This document shows, piece after piece, positions 50,201 through 59,131 of a DNA stretch of 64,000 nt. Source of the DNA: Thermodesulfobacteriota bacterium (GTDB lineage Bacteria; Desulfobacterota; Desulfarculia; JACQYL01); contig CAXXLZ010000001.1 of NCBI GenBank assembly GCA_963675595.2, positions 672,001 to 736,000 on the forward strand, given 5' to 3'. The translations under genes and the position numbers were made by a program. Under the pieces are notes generated by a model. That model did not search any database. It had not been told where the DNA came from and saw nothing but the letters and a program-made list of their open reading frames with translations. Within the stretch, counting starts at the first letter, position 1. Each line of letters opens with the position of its first letter.

Positions 50201-50246
50201 ACGCCGCGCCTCCGATGACCACATGCCTGATTGTCTTGCGTTCCAT
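47235..50246 (-). CDS. AsmA-family envelope protein
   Basis: N-terminal anchor; TGRRVHVG..L, VRLLPLL..L.I..L..P...VVR..DGRFN; beta-rich body; FGGSISGSG AsmA_2-like C-terminus. Confidence 0.8.
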   Translation of the reverse strand: MERKTIRHVVIGGAASLLGLWLLLQAVLWFLPLESILADRISHLTGRRVHVGEVTASLLWGLTLSASDLVVEERRDVGYDQPFLTAAKIEAHVRLLPLLRSRLSISSLSVEQPVLSVVRMSDGRFNLPGKAGVWWKMPVPSPVAASVFGADSSSLRVADTAVRGAVLHLHNQATGASSQIAVDALEGSFESEPNRLSSSGELSLPGLTLAWRGTVRLGPHGNSWKEGTQLDLLLTPEHLQSSLQSLFPGFRSEGFVELHADVPRNSPEKPLKVELTANGLMLTADAFRGKAISFDDFLIRMETRAAPSAEGTKPIRLLVHSTSAGLDGHLNAEIPLPWHRTILNAENEWSVNLESLARCLGPLLGLDGRLRGLYSFQGSIQSPDEQGTRHCSGRMDFVDVEITGEERARPFREPKASFEFDVSTNAAESLTEVRFAEVSSRTLKMSAHGSVAGDAGGMNVQAKADLDSLDALLSGLGLKPESLILSGSAVLSARVARYDSANSSIDLKTALADAGIRIDDRLMKPRGVPAQVNIIGRWGKEFHVDDGLFVLGPLTLNVEASAMPPWKELDAKADLPLLDLDEFSTYCPRMAQRKASGRLGFHLEGRIPMDREPSLSFGLPRLKGQVELDRVRYSLIPDPDDSMPGLPALPPHVLSYVESMPHAFVPELTGVISADPAALKSQSLSITMAGHTMSLSGQVRDYAEWPSSHLSVNAFADVLEPDLFFSLADALEALRRPIPSDGPKHMADGFLMNPPGTFGADLNIGAETLLTMDVPIPDFSVSLSLREKELRLTNVEGHPFGGSISGSGKVSLNGRSSVARLSLQGEDIKSDSETFASLRRTFPLFGFPVSTLLGKFRFQTELSGECGNPQAFRSTLSGQGTLDGSEGIRLGFDYLRKVTEPTSEAAVLNRRASEPMRLSGLHGAYQIHQGMVNFELRLDKHDEPSAKIIGTTYWPDMNVTADLILPLSWLGESQGGESDLGQNLIVRLLGDADDPRPSSVQRQ

Positions 50247-50544
50247 GGTGATCCAATTCGGGATTTCGGTCGGCGGTCGGCCGGAGAGCTTTCTTTCAGG
50301 GAGACTCCGGAACATTCCACAAATCTCTAACAGAAGCCGTTTTCCGGGGTCAACTCTCTTAATGATGGAAGAAAAGACGGGGCGGGATTAGGTTTAACTT
50401 TGAGGCTTTTCCGCAGGGCCGGGATTACCGGTGGGAATGGACAACGCGATTTTGTAAGGAGAAGCGATGAATGCGAAGGGGGGCCTGAAGAAACGCAACA
50501 CCCATCATAGAGTGTTGCGTTTCCTGTTGCCGGTTTACGTGCGA

Positions 50545-51369
50545 TTAGAAAGCGATGCCCAGAACCAAACCACCGTAGAAGAAGTCGGAGTCTTTGCCGT
50601 TGAAGCTGCTGGACTTGATCAGATTCTCCGCATCATCCGTCAGCGGGAAGGAATAAGACGCGGTAGGCGTCACGCTGAAGTAACCGAAGGTCATCGGGAC
50701 GGACAGGGACACAACGCCGTCATGGAAGTTGCTGTAGTCCTCGTCGGTCACGTTAAAGTTGTCGTCGAGTTCGGGATAGGTTCCATTGTCGCTCATCAGG
50801 TAACTCGCCGTGACGGACCCGTCGATGGAAATCCAATCCGCGAGCTGCAAAGAATGGCTGATGCCGAACAGGAAGTACCAGGCCGGAGCCTGAGCGATGT
50901 CTCGGTATACCGTAAAGGTAGGTTGCAGAATTACGTCCAGACCGATGCTGGCGTAGATTTCCTGCGTGTCTTCGAGTCCACTGGCGCCGAAGGCGTCGCT
51001 GTCGTAAGCATAATAAAGGTAGCCGCCTTCGAAATTGAACGGTCCCACGGAGTTTCCATAGGCGACCGTGATGTCGGTCTCGTTCCACTTGGCTCCGCCG
51101 GTTCCCTGTTCCCAATAAGGATCGGTGTCGATGTTGCTCCAGAAGTTGATATAGAACCCATAATAGCCGACGCTCATGCTCGGCTGCACCACGATGCTGT
51201 CTTTACTGAACTGAAAGCCACGCCAAATGTAGGAGCTGAGTGCGGCGACCGAGAAATCGGCCCAAGGTTTTTCTTCCGCTTGAGACTGTGCCGGCACAAC
51301 GAATGCCGCGCAGAGCAGCAAACATACAAATGCAACCAGAACCCGCTTCATACCTATTCCTCTCTTCAT
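50545..51369 (-). CDS. outer-membrane beta-barrel, TorF-like putative porin
   Basis: Signal peptide, SSYIWRG, VVQPS, NETD, C-terminal aromatic F. Confidence 0.8.
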   Translation of the reverse strand: MKRGIGMKRVLVAFVCLLLCAAFVVPAQSQAEEKPWADFSVAALSSYIWRGFQFSKDSIVVQPSMSVGYYGFYINFWSNIDTDPYWEQGTGGAKWNETDITVAYGNSVGPFNFEGGYLYYAYDSDAFGASGLEDTQEIYASIGLDVILQPTFTVYRDIAQAPAWYFLFGISHSLQLADWISIDGSVTASYLMSDNGTYPELDDNFNVTDEDYSNFHDGVVSLSVPMTFGYFSVTPTASYSFPLTDDAENLIKSSSFNGKDSDFFYGGLVLGIAF

Positions 51370-51861
51370 TCCTCTTCTCCTTAATCTGATATCTTACCGG
51401 TTTTTTCGGGAACCATTCACCCGCATCGCGGCTCTGTGAGCATCACGATGAAACTCTACAACCGAACCCGGGGCTCGGCGAAAATTACCTCCCGTCGGTT
51501 ACACCCCTCCTTTCGTTTGGTATCGCACCCTCATGAGTCGAATCAACCACAATCCGACCTCCCGAAGTCGAATTTCGGGAAGGGTAATGCACTTTTATAG
51601 CACATGAGTCAATTCTATGGCAAGACCCGCGCCATTACGGGTACGCCCGATTGAATCCAATAAGCGTCCCCGGTTGTGTTCAAACGTTAGTGAGCCGGCC
51701 GGTATTAAGCTCTTGGGTAAGCAAGCAACGGGCCAAGGTAAGAGAGAAGCCGTTTGTGGGCGGAGTGCCCATGGAAAGCCTTGCGACGGACAAACGTCAT
51801 GGAAGGGTAAACCATCGGATACCGCTTCGTCCTACGGAATCGTAGGAAGAATCTTTCAAAC

Positions 51862-53424
51862 CTACTCCGGGGTACGAAACCGCCTGGGGTCGATTCCATA
51901 GCCTTTGACGCGCAGGCCCATTAGTCTCTCCGTGATTCCCAGGGCACGGGCGGCCTTGGCTTTGTTGCCTTTGCAGGTCTTCAGGGCGTCCTCGATCAAA
52001 TCTCTTTCCACGGCTTCCAAGGTGGCGGTGAGCGTTCCGCGGTGCACCGTGCCGCTGGCCTCGGCGGTCTGGAGACTGGGAGGCAGATGGTGCGCTCGAA
52101 TCACTTCGTCTTGAGTAAGGAGGACCGCTCGTTCGATGCAGTTCTCGAGTTCCCGAACATTGCCCGGCCAATGGTAGGCCATAAGCATGTCGATGGCGGG
52201 CGTGGATATTCGTTTGATCTTTTTGGCATTGGCTTTGGCGTATTTTCCGACGAAGTGATCGGCCAAGAGCAGAATATCCGATTTCCTTTCCCGCAGCGGC
52301 GGCATGTGGATGGGAAAGACGTTCAACCGGTAATACAGGTCTTCGCGGAACTGGCCTTGACGGATCAGGTCCTCGAGGGGTCGATGGGTGGCGGCGATGA
52401 TCCGGACATCGGTCTTGATCGTCTTGATCCCTCCCAGTCGTTCGAACTGGCGTTCCTGAAGAACTCTCAGAAGCCGCACCTGGGTAGCGGGGGAAAAGTC
52501 GCCCACCTCGTCCAAAAAGACCGTGCCTCCATTGGCCATTTCAAAACGACCGATCCGGCGGTTGAGGGCACCGGTGAACGCCCCGCGCTCGTGTCCGAAC
52601 AGCTCGCTTTCCAGCATGGTTTCCGGAAGTGCCGCGCAGTTCACCTTGACAAAAGGCTTTGAGACACGGTGGCTCCCATAGTGGATGGCGTTGGCGACGA
52701 GTTCTTTTCCGGATCCGCTTTCTCCGGTGATCAGGACGGTGGCGTCGCTCTGTGAAACCTGTGCGATGAGCGCGAACACCTCCTGCATGGGCTTGGAACT
52801 GCCGATGATATTGTCGGGCCGGTAGCGCTCTTTGAGCTTCTCACGCAACCGGGTGTTTTCTTCTTCCAGGCGTCGCCGTTCGGTCAGCAACGCGTGTCTC
52901 AGCCGAACCGGCTGCGAGATCATGGAGGAGATGATGGAGAGGAGGCGTACGTCGTCCTCGAGAGACATTTCTTTCTGAAACGAACGCAGTGCGCTCAATG
53001 CACCGATAACCTGATTTCCCATTTTGATGGGAACGCAGACAAAGGAGAGGTCTCGATCCGGGAAAGCCTGCCGCACCCCTGTTCGATCTAAGAAACGAGG
53101 CTCCCTCGTGATATGAGGAACGATGATCGACTCTCCGGCTTCTATGACCTTGCCGGTTACTCCCTCACCTTTTTGATAACGGATCAGGTCCTGTCGGTCT
53201 TTCGAAATGCCTTGTGCTTCTTCAATGTTGATTTCGCCGGTTTCCCAGTTCAGGAGGGTCAAAGTGGTTCGCAGAAGGTCCGTATGCTCCGAAATGAGCT
53301 GAAGGACCCCATCCACTACATCCTTCAGGTCTTTGGCGGCGTCCAGCCTGCGGCTGATCTCAAGGAGCAAGGTCAGCTCCCGGATTTCCCTCCCGCTCTT
53401 TTTCGTTTGGCTGTTGGTCTCCAC
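51862..53424 (-). CDS. sigma54-dependent activator, GAF-AAA+-HTH (NifA-like)
   Basis: GAF (GEGVTG, FVCVPI), [50 protein letters not shown]. Confidence 0.93.
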   Translation of the reverse strand: METNSQTKKSGREIRELTLLLEISRRLDAAKDLKDVVDGVLQLISEHTDLLRTTLTLLNWETGEINIEEAQGISKDRQDLIRYQKGEGVTGKVIEAGESIIVPHITREPRFLDRTGVRQAFPDRDLSFVCVPIKMGNQVIGALSALRSFQKEMSLEDDVRLLSIISSMISQPVRLRHALLTERRRLEEENTRLREKLKERYRPDNIIGSSKPMQEVFALIAQVSQSDATVLITGESGSGKELVANAIHYGSHRVSKPFVKVNCAALPETMLESELFGHERGAFTGALNRRIGRFEMANGGTVFLDEVGDFSPATQVRLLRVLQERQFERLGGIKTIKTDVRIIAATHRPLEDLIRQGQFREDLYYRLNVFPIHMPPLRERKSDILLLADHFVGKYAKANAKKIKRISTPAIDMLMAYHWPGNVRELENCIERAVLLTQDEVIRAHHLPPSLQTAEASGTVHRGTLTATLEAVERDLIEDALKTCKGNKAKAARALGITERLMGLRVKGYGIDPRRFRTPE

Positions 53425-53612
53425 TGAGAAGCCTTCCGCATTGAAAACGGCTTATTCGGACCGGCGGACGGGAAGTACGCGTATCCCGTGCCGCAGGGTA
53501 CTTGGGGGGCGCCTTGTTCGGGGAAAGTCCTTGTTTGAAGAGGCGTTTTCACCAGACTCCCGAACCTGGATTCTACCTCGAACGGTCCGTCAAGGCGTCT
53601 CGTAAATCCACT

Positions 53613-53641
53613 AGACTAAAACAGAAGCCTTAAGCCGTCAA
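53613..53641 (-). promoter_or_regulatory. sigma70 promoter upstream of the NifA-like gene
   Basis: TTGACG-17 nt-TAGTCT. Confidence 0.5.
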
Positions 53642-53797
53642 GCCAATACAGGTGAAGAACGGGGGGGGAGCGGGTGCTCCCCGGCCGTCAATTCAAGGTG
53701 GAGCGTATGGATTACCCGGATACCCCGGCCTTCAAGCCATGCATGTGGGTGCTTCAACTCACCGAACGTGCCGGAGGGGCGCCATGCAACGGACGGA

Positions 53798-54394
53798 TCA
53801 GCCATAGAGGTCCGTTCCGTCCGTGGACTCGTCGAGCAGCCGCGGTGAATTCTCAACGTGAATCCGAACATCGGATACGGACGAACGTGATAGGGGTGTG
53901 AGCTTTCTCTCGTAGCGGCGAACATCAGAGATCGTGCAGACCTCCGGCAAAGGAGGCCCCGGTTTGGCTTCCTGCTCGTTCCGTTCCGCGGGCTTTGGAG
54001 TCCGGTTCTTCATTTCACCGGCCAACCACGCAATCATCAAGGAGAGCATGAATACCCAGAAGACCGAAGCCAGACTGATCATCAGTATCCTTCTTCTTTG
54101 AAGGTCCCACTCGTCCGCCTCGGCGGAGATTCTTCTTCGCGCTCGACCGACCAGGAAAGCGATCGGAAACAGAAGGAGAACGAGTCCGATCACCGGAACG
54201 GGAATTCCTCCTTTGCTCGAGGATACGGAATCCGGCAGAAGAATCCACGCACCCGCAGCCAAAGTGATCAGAAGTGCCGCAGACAAAAGCCTGGCGGGTC
54301 GCGCCCCGACCTTACGTCTGCGATGCGCAAGTCCGATGAGCCCCGCAAAAATCGAAGCCGCCGCGATCGTGAAAATCCACCCTTCGTTAGTCAT
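53798..54394 (-). CDS. hypothetical membrane protein (4 TM)
   Basis: Four hydrophobic segments with basic loops. Confidence 0.6.
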   Translation of the reverse strand: MTNEGWIFTIAAASIFAGLIGLAHRRRKVGARPARLLSAALLITLAAGAWILLPDSVSSSKGGIPVPVIGLVLLLFPIAFLVGRARRRISAEADEWDLQRRRILMISLASVFWVFMLSLMIAWLAGEMKNRTPKPAERNEQEAKPGPPLPEVCTISDVRRYERKLTPLSRSSVSDVRIHVENSPRLLDESTDGTDLYG

Positions 54395-54563
54395 CGTTCC
54401 GCTCCACGGCGCCCAGCTTAACCGGAACGTTCCGACAAAGGCAAGGCGGCGAACCGTTGTGACCGAGTTCGATCAGCGAGAGCCAAGAAAGGATGATCGT
54501 AGATTATGTTGAGATCACGAACCGTTAATCAAAAAGTCTCCCGGCCGCTTTTGTGATGTCTGC

Positions 54564-55484
54564 TCAGGACGGTATGATCGAAACGGCAAAGGACAAGGAA
54601 ACCATGGACAACAGGGTGGAAAGCACTATGACGGCCGAGGCCATGTCCGGATCGCTGTTCATTTGCGACGACAGCACATAGCTTGACACTGAGGTGGGTA
54701 GGGCGAAGAAGAGCATGGTGGTCCAGAAGGGAAGCCCTTCCACGTTGAACAGGCGGAGGGTCGCGTAGCCCAAGAGCGGCAGCAGGGCGACTTTGAAAAG
54801 AGAGGCGGCGAGTGCCTTTTTGAAATAGCCTTGGAGGCGTTCCAGTGCGATGGCCCCCCCGACGGACACGAGAGCCAAAGGTAGCGCGACGGCCGAGACC
54901 AGGCGAAAAGTGTTGTCCAGGAATACCGGGAGCGGCCGGCCGGTCCGGGCGTATACCAGACCCGCCATGCATGCGAGTATCAACGGATTTGAAATGATGG
55001 CCTTGAGTGTCAGTCGAGCCCTTTCCCTGCCGTTGTACTCGCCGCCGGAAAACCAGATCAGAGTGGAAACGGCCAGAAGGTTGATGAAAGGAATGGCGAG
55101 GCTGATAAGCACTGCGAAAAGTCGCACTGCGAAATCACCCTTGGCGCTCAGTAGGATGGCCATGCCGATGTACGTATTAAAGCGGTAGCAGCACTGAGAG
55201 AAGGCGCCCATTTCGTAGTTCGAGATGCCGAACAAAGGCTTACAAGCGAAGGTGAGAAGCCAAGCGAGAAGAATGGCCGAATAGACGGCGACAAACACAC
55301 TAGGATCCAAATGGGCGTCGTTGGACGGGCTGCCGATCTTCCAGAAAAGCAGGGAAGGGAAGAAGAAATAGTAGGTAAGGCGGTCCGCTTTCCGTAGAAA
55401 GGAATCGTCGGTGAACCTCAGACGCTTCAGGAAAAAACCGATCCCGATCACCAGGAAGACCGGTAGAACGCCGTCCAATACCAT
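54564..55484 (-). CDS. AEC family transporter
   Basis: VLPVF, FFPSLLF, RFNTYIG, NPLI, LPLALVSVG, LPT..YV. Confidence 0.9.
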   Translation of the reverse strand: MVLDGVLPVFLVIGIGFFLKRLRFTDDSFLRKADRLTYYFFFPSLLFWKIGSPSNDAHLDPSVFVAVYSAILLAWLLTFACKPLFGISNYEMGAFSQCCYRFNTYIGMAILLSAKGDFAVRLFAVLISLAIPFINLLAVSTLIWFSGGEYNGRERARLTLKAIISNPLILACMAGLVYARTGRPLPVFLDNTFRLVSAVALPLALVSVGGAIALERLQGYFKKALAASLFKVALLPLLGYATLRLFNVEGLPFWTTMLFFALPTSVSSYVLSSQMNSDPDMASAVIVLSTLLSMVSLSFAVSIIPS

Positions 55485-55901
55485 ATATGCACCGGCATGA
55501 GCACGAAGTGTTTTGGTTGAACGCTCGAGGCGCTTGCCGCTCGAGCGAAAAATCAGTATAAATTGGGGAGGGAGACGATGCAAGAAGGTCGAAGACCGAA
55601 TCCGGCTCCGATTTGAGGGGCGGAGTGTTTTTCCTCCAAACGACGAAAGGGGACCCTCATGTTCCGCAAGTACGGGTCGACGCTCATATTGATTCTGGGT
55701 GCAATAGTGGTGCTGTACATTTTCTTACGCATGAAGCAAATGTGACGTCTGTGCCATGGGTCGAGTGTATCCCATGGTCGTTCGGCCTTGCCGCAGAACA
55801 GGACTTCTCAAAACCAAGGATGTTATACGGTCCGTCCAAGAAGATCATGGAGGGAACGCAGGAAAGGTGTTTGCCGGACCACAAGGCCCGGAAGACTATC
55901 G

Positions 55902-56252
55902 ATGAAGCTGTTCATTTCGAATTATGCGTCCGGCGGCGCTTTTGAGCGGGTCGGGGTAAAGCGTAGAGTACGAATATCCCGAGGCAAAGATCGATTGGGC
56001 CGGTTTGACGTGTCGATTCTTGAATTGGCTCCCAGTCGGTCTCTTCTGGAGGGCTTTCGGAGCGGGCGCCTGTCACTCCGCGACTACGACTCTCGTTTCT
56101 GGGAGGAAGTGGAACCGAACTGGGCATCGGCCACTAAGCGGATACGGGAAGGGGATTGTCTGCTTTGTTTCTGTGCGGGGGGTTCCCACTGCCACCGGTA
56201 CCTGGTGGCCGACAGGCTCAGGAGTGAGGGACACGATGTGACGGAAATCTGA
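55902..56252 (+). CDS. DUF488-like protein
   Basis: LAPS..LL, Y..RF, LLC....HCHR.LVA. Confidence 0.65.
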   Translation: MKLFISNYASGGAFERVGVKRRVRISRGKDRLGRFDVSILELAPSRSLLEGFRSGRLSLRDYDSRFWEEVEPNWASATKRIREGDCLLCFCAGGSHCHRYLVADRLRSEGHDVTEI

Positions 56253-56406
56253 TCATCTAATTCCTCAGGGTGACCCCCAAAAAATGAATCGTTCTTTATC
56301 GAGGCGACCTTAGTCCCCCCTCGCCGTGCCCTCATGGCGCGGTTGTCTCGATACGGATTTCGATGCCTCTGATTCCTTTTTTAATACTCACGCGCTTACC
56401 TTTCAT

Positions 56407-56448
56407 TTGACAAACCTTAAAAGTTTTCTTAAATTAGAATTATTCCAA
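56407..56448 (+). promoter_or_regulatory. sigma70 promoter with an overlapping PerR/Fur-type 7-1-7 box
   Basis: TTGACA-17 nt-TAAATT; TTAGAAT-T-ATTCCAA at 56434-56448. Confidence 0.65.
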
Positions 56449-56462
56449 AAGGAGAAACGCTC

Positions 56463-56909
56463 TTGAGGGTAGATTCAACCCACGAGCTGATTAAACAGGC
56501 CGGCCTGATGGTCACCCCGCAGCGGGTGGCGATTCTTGAGGTCCTCATGGAAGAAGGGACTGGGCATCCCAGCCCTGAATGGGTCTACAGGCAGGTTTCC
56601 GAGCGGTTTCCTCATCTATCTCTCGCTACCGTGTACAATACGTTGGATCGTTTCGAGGAAGTCGGCCTGATTAGAAAGGTCAACCCACTTTTCGGAGTGG
56701 CGCGCTACGACGTGAAATCGGAACCTCACCTTCATGCCGTTTGCACCAGTTGCGGTGAAATTCGCGACGTTCCCTGGAACGAAGAGCTGGTTGTACAAAC
56801 GGCGAAATCGGGGATTGAAGCGTTTCAAGTGCAATCGGTTTCCGTCCATCTGCTGGGATTGTGTGATGCCTGCAGGGAACGGGAAAAATTGAAGAACCTC
56901 GGAAAATAG
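56463..56909 (+). CDS. perR: Fur-family regulator, PerR type
   Basis: TPQR, HPS, LATVYNTL, RYD, HLHAVCTSCGEIRD, CDAC; the Asn in the helix and the Asp after CxxC are PerR-type rather than Fur-type. Confidence 0.75.
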   Translation: MRVDSTHELIKQAGLMVTPQRVAILEVLMEEGTGHPSPEWVYRQVSERFPHLSLATVYNTLDRFEEVGLIRKVNPLFGVARYDVKSEPHLHAVCTSCGEIRDVPWNEELVVQTAKSGIEAFQVQSVSVHLLGLCDACREREKLKNLGK

Positions 56910-56969
56910 GTTTTCGAAACCGACGGGGCATTCCTACAGTATTCAACACCAAACGGGAGGTATATTTGG

Positions 56970-59009
56970 ATGTCTGCTGAAGAAACCAAGGTAAAAGGCG
57001 TTGTCGCGAAGGCCAAGGTCGCGAAGAAGGCGCAGGAGCTGACGGTGGACAGCGCGTCGGCGAAGATGATCGAGCAATCACGGAAGATGGGCATCGAAAC
57101 GATTTTCGATCGAGCGGAGTCCATGAAGCCGTGCAACATCGGTGTGCAGGGCATTTGTTGTAAGGTCTGTTCCCAGGGTCCGTGCCGTTTACCGCTGCCC
57201 AAGGGAGGGATCGAGGGCGAGGATACGAGGAAGGGCTTGTGCGGAGCCACTCCCGAGACCATCGCGGCCAGGAATTTCGCGCGCATGGTGGCGGCCGGCG
57301 CGGCGGCTCACTCGGACCACGGACGAGGCGTGGCGGAAACCTTCCTGGCGGCGGCCCGCAAGGAGACCCACGACTACACCATCAAGGATACGGTAAAGCT
57401 GCTGGAGATCGCCGCCGACTTTGAGGTGGATACTCAGGTGGAAGTGGACGGCGAGATGAAGGATCGGGATATCTTCGAGATCGCCGAGGAAGTGGGAGTC
57501 AAGGCGCTGGGCGAGTGGGGCAAGCAGGACGGAGAGATTTACTACGCCAAACGTGCGCCCCAGGCCCGATATGATTTGTGGAAGAAGCTCAACGTGATTC
57601 CTCGGGGCATCGACCGGGAGATCGTGGAGATCATGCACCGCACGCACATGGGCGTGGATCAGGACTACAAGAACATCATCAAGCAGTGCAGTCGCGCGGC
57701 TCTGGCGGACGGCTGGGGCGGGTCCATGATCGCCACGGACCTGCAGGACGTGATGTTCGGTACGCCCTACCCGGTGCACGGTGAGATCAATCTGGGCGTT
57801 TTGAAGCAGGACCACGTGAACATCATCGTGCACGGTCATGAGCCGCTGCTTTCCGAGATGATCGTAGTGGCGGCGCAGAGCGCCGAAATGCAGGATTACG
57901 CCCGAAGCAAGGGCGCCAAGGGGATCGTTTTGGCGGGGATGTGCTGTACGGCCAACGAGATTCTGGTTCGTCACGGCATGCCCATCGCGGGGAACTACCT
58001 GTCCCAGGAGCTGGCCATCATCACGGGCGCGGTGGACGCCATGGTGGTGGACGTGCAGTGCATCATGGAGAACGTGGCCAACGTCGCCACCTGCTACCAC
58101 ACCAAACTGATCACCACGAATCCGAGGGCGCGGATCGAGAGCGGAGACACGGTGCACATCGAGTTCGACGAGCACCACGCGTTCGAGGACGCCAAAGAGA
58201 TCGTGAAGACGGCGGTGGACAATTTCCCGAACCGTCGAGCGGACGTGATGATTCCGCCGGAGAAGGAAAAGATGGTGGCGGGCTTCTCCTACGAGGCGAT
58301 CAACTATCATCTGGGTGGAACGTTCCGTGGCTCCTACAAGCCGCTGAACGACAACATCATCAACGGCCGGATTCGAGGAATCGGCGGTGTGGTGGGCTGC
58401 AACAACGCGCGTACGTGTCATGACAGCGCGCATCTGATCATCGTGAAGGAACTGTTGAAGAACGACATCATCGTATTGACCACGGGCTGCAACGCCATGG
58501 CATGCGGCAAGGCGGGCTTGTTGACGCCGGAAGCGGCGAAAGTCTACTGTGGAGACGGTCTGGCGGAAGTGTGCGAGACGGTGGGAATTCCGCCGGTGCT
58601 GCACATGGGATCGTGCGTGGATAACAGCCGGATTTTGATGGCCGCGGCGGAAGTGGTGAAGACGGGCGGACTGGGCAACGACATCAGCGATCTGCCGGCC
58701 GCGGGTTCCGCTCCGGAATGGATGAGCGAGAAAGCCATCAGCATCGGTCACTACTTCGTGAGCTCGGGAGTGTACACGGTGTTCGGCGTGGGCCTGCCGG
58801 TGAGCGGAGCGCCGAGGCTGCAGAAACACCTGTTCCAGGAACTGGCGGACATCTACGGAGGTATGTGGGACCTGGTGGAAGATCCTTACGAGCATGCTCA
58901 GAAGATGATCGACCACATCAACATGAAGCGTAAGGCTCTGGGCATCGATAAGAAGAGAGAACGCGTGCTCATGGATATGGCCGACCGTCAGAAGCTCGAC
59001 GCCGCTTAA
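56970..59009 (+). CDS. cooS: anaerobic Ni-carbon monoxide dehydrogenase catalytic subunit
   Basis: C-X7-CCKVCSQGPC, LCG, HSDH, HGHEP, MCCTANE, DVQC, GCNN, TTGC, GSCVDNSR, APEWMSEKA. Confidence 0.96.
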   Translation: MSAEETKVKGVVAKAKVAKKAQELTVDSASAKMIEQSRKMGIETIFDRAESMKPCNIGVQGICCKVCSQGPCRLPLPKGGIEGEDTRKGLCGATPETIAARNFARMVAAGAAAHSDHGRGVAETFLAAARKETHDYTIKDTVKLLEIAADFEVDTQVEVDGEMKDRDIFEIAEEVGVKALGEWGKQDGEIYYAKRAPQARYDLWKKLNVIPRGIDREIVEIMHRTHMGVDQDYKNIIKQCSRAALADGWGGSMIATDLQDVMFGTPYPVHGEINLGVLKQDHVNIIVHGHEPLLSEMIVVAAQSAEMQDYARSKGAKGIVLAGMCCTANEILVRHGMPIAGNYLSQELAIITGAVDAMVVDVQCIMENVANVATCYHTKLITTNPRARIESGDTVHIEFDEHHAFEDAKEIVKTAVDNFPNRRADVMIPPEKEKMVAGFSYEAINYHLGGTFRGSYKPLNDNIINGRIRGIGGVVGCNNARTCHDSAHLIIVKELLKNDIIVLTTGCNAMACGKAGLLTPEAAKVYCGDGLAEVCETVGIPPVLHMGSCVDNSRILMAAAEVVKTGGLGNDISDLPAAGSAPEWMSEKAISIGHYFVSSGVYTVFGVGLPVSGAPRLQKHLFQELADIYGGMWDLVEDPYEHAQKMIDHINMKRKALGIDKKRERVLMDMADRQKLDAA

Positions 59010-59049
59010 TCGTATCGCGAGCTAAGCCATAAGTCAGGGAAGATCGAAA

Positions 59050-59084
59050 GGGAGGGACCGAAAACGGTTCCTCCCCTTTTCTTT
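59050..59084 (+). terminator. intrinsic terminator after cooS
   Basis: GGGAGGGACCG-AAAA-CGGTTCCTCCC followed by CTTTTCTTT. Confidence 0.8.
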
Positions 59085-59131
59085 CCGAGTAGAAAGAGCG
59101 AAGGGCAGGTTTCCCGGATGAATCGGTCCGA

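Noticed and set aside
51618-51850. Plus-strand GG-N10-GC motif driving a possible sRNA or 6S RNA
   Set aside because: The -12 element lacks TTGC, no 6S-like structure was recognised, and the hairpin can be explained as the activator gene's terminator
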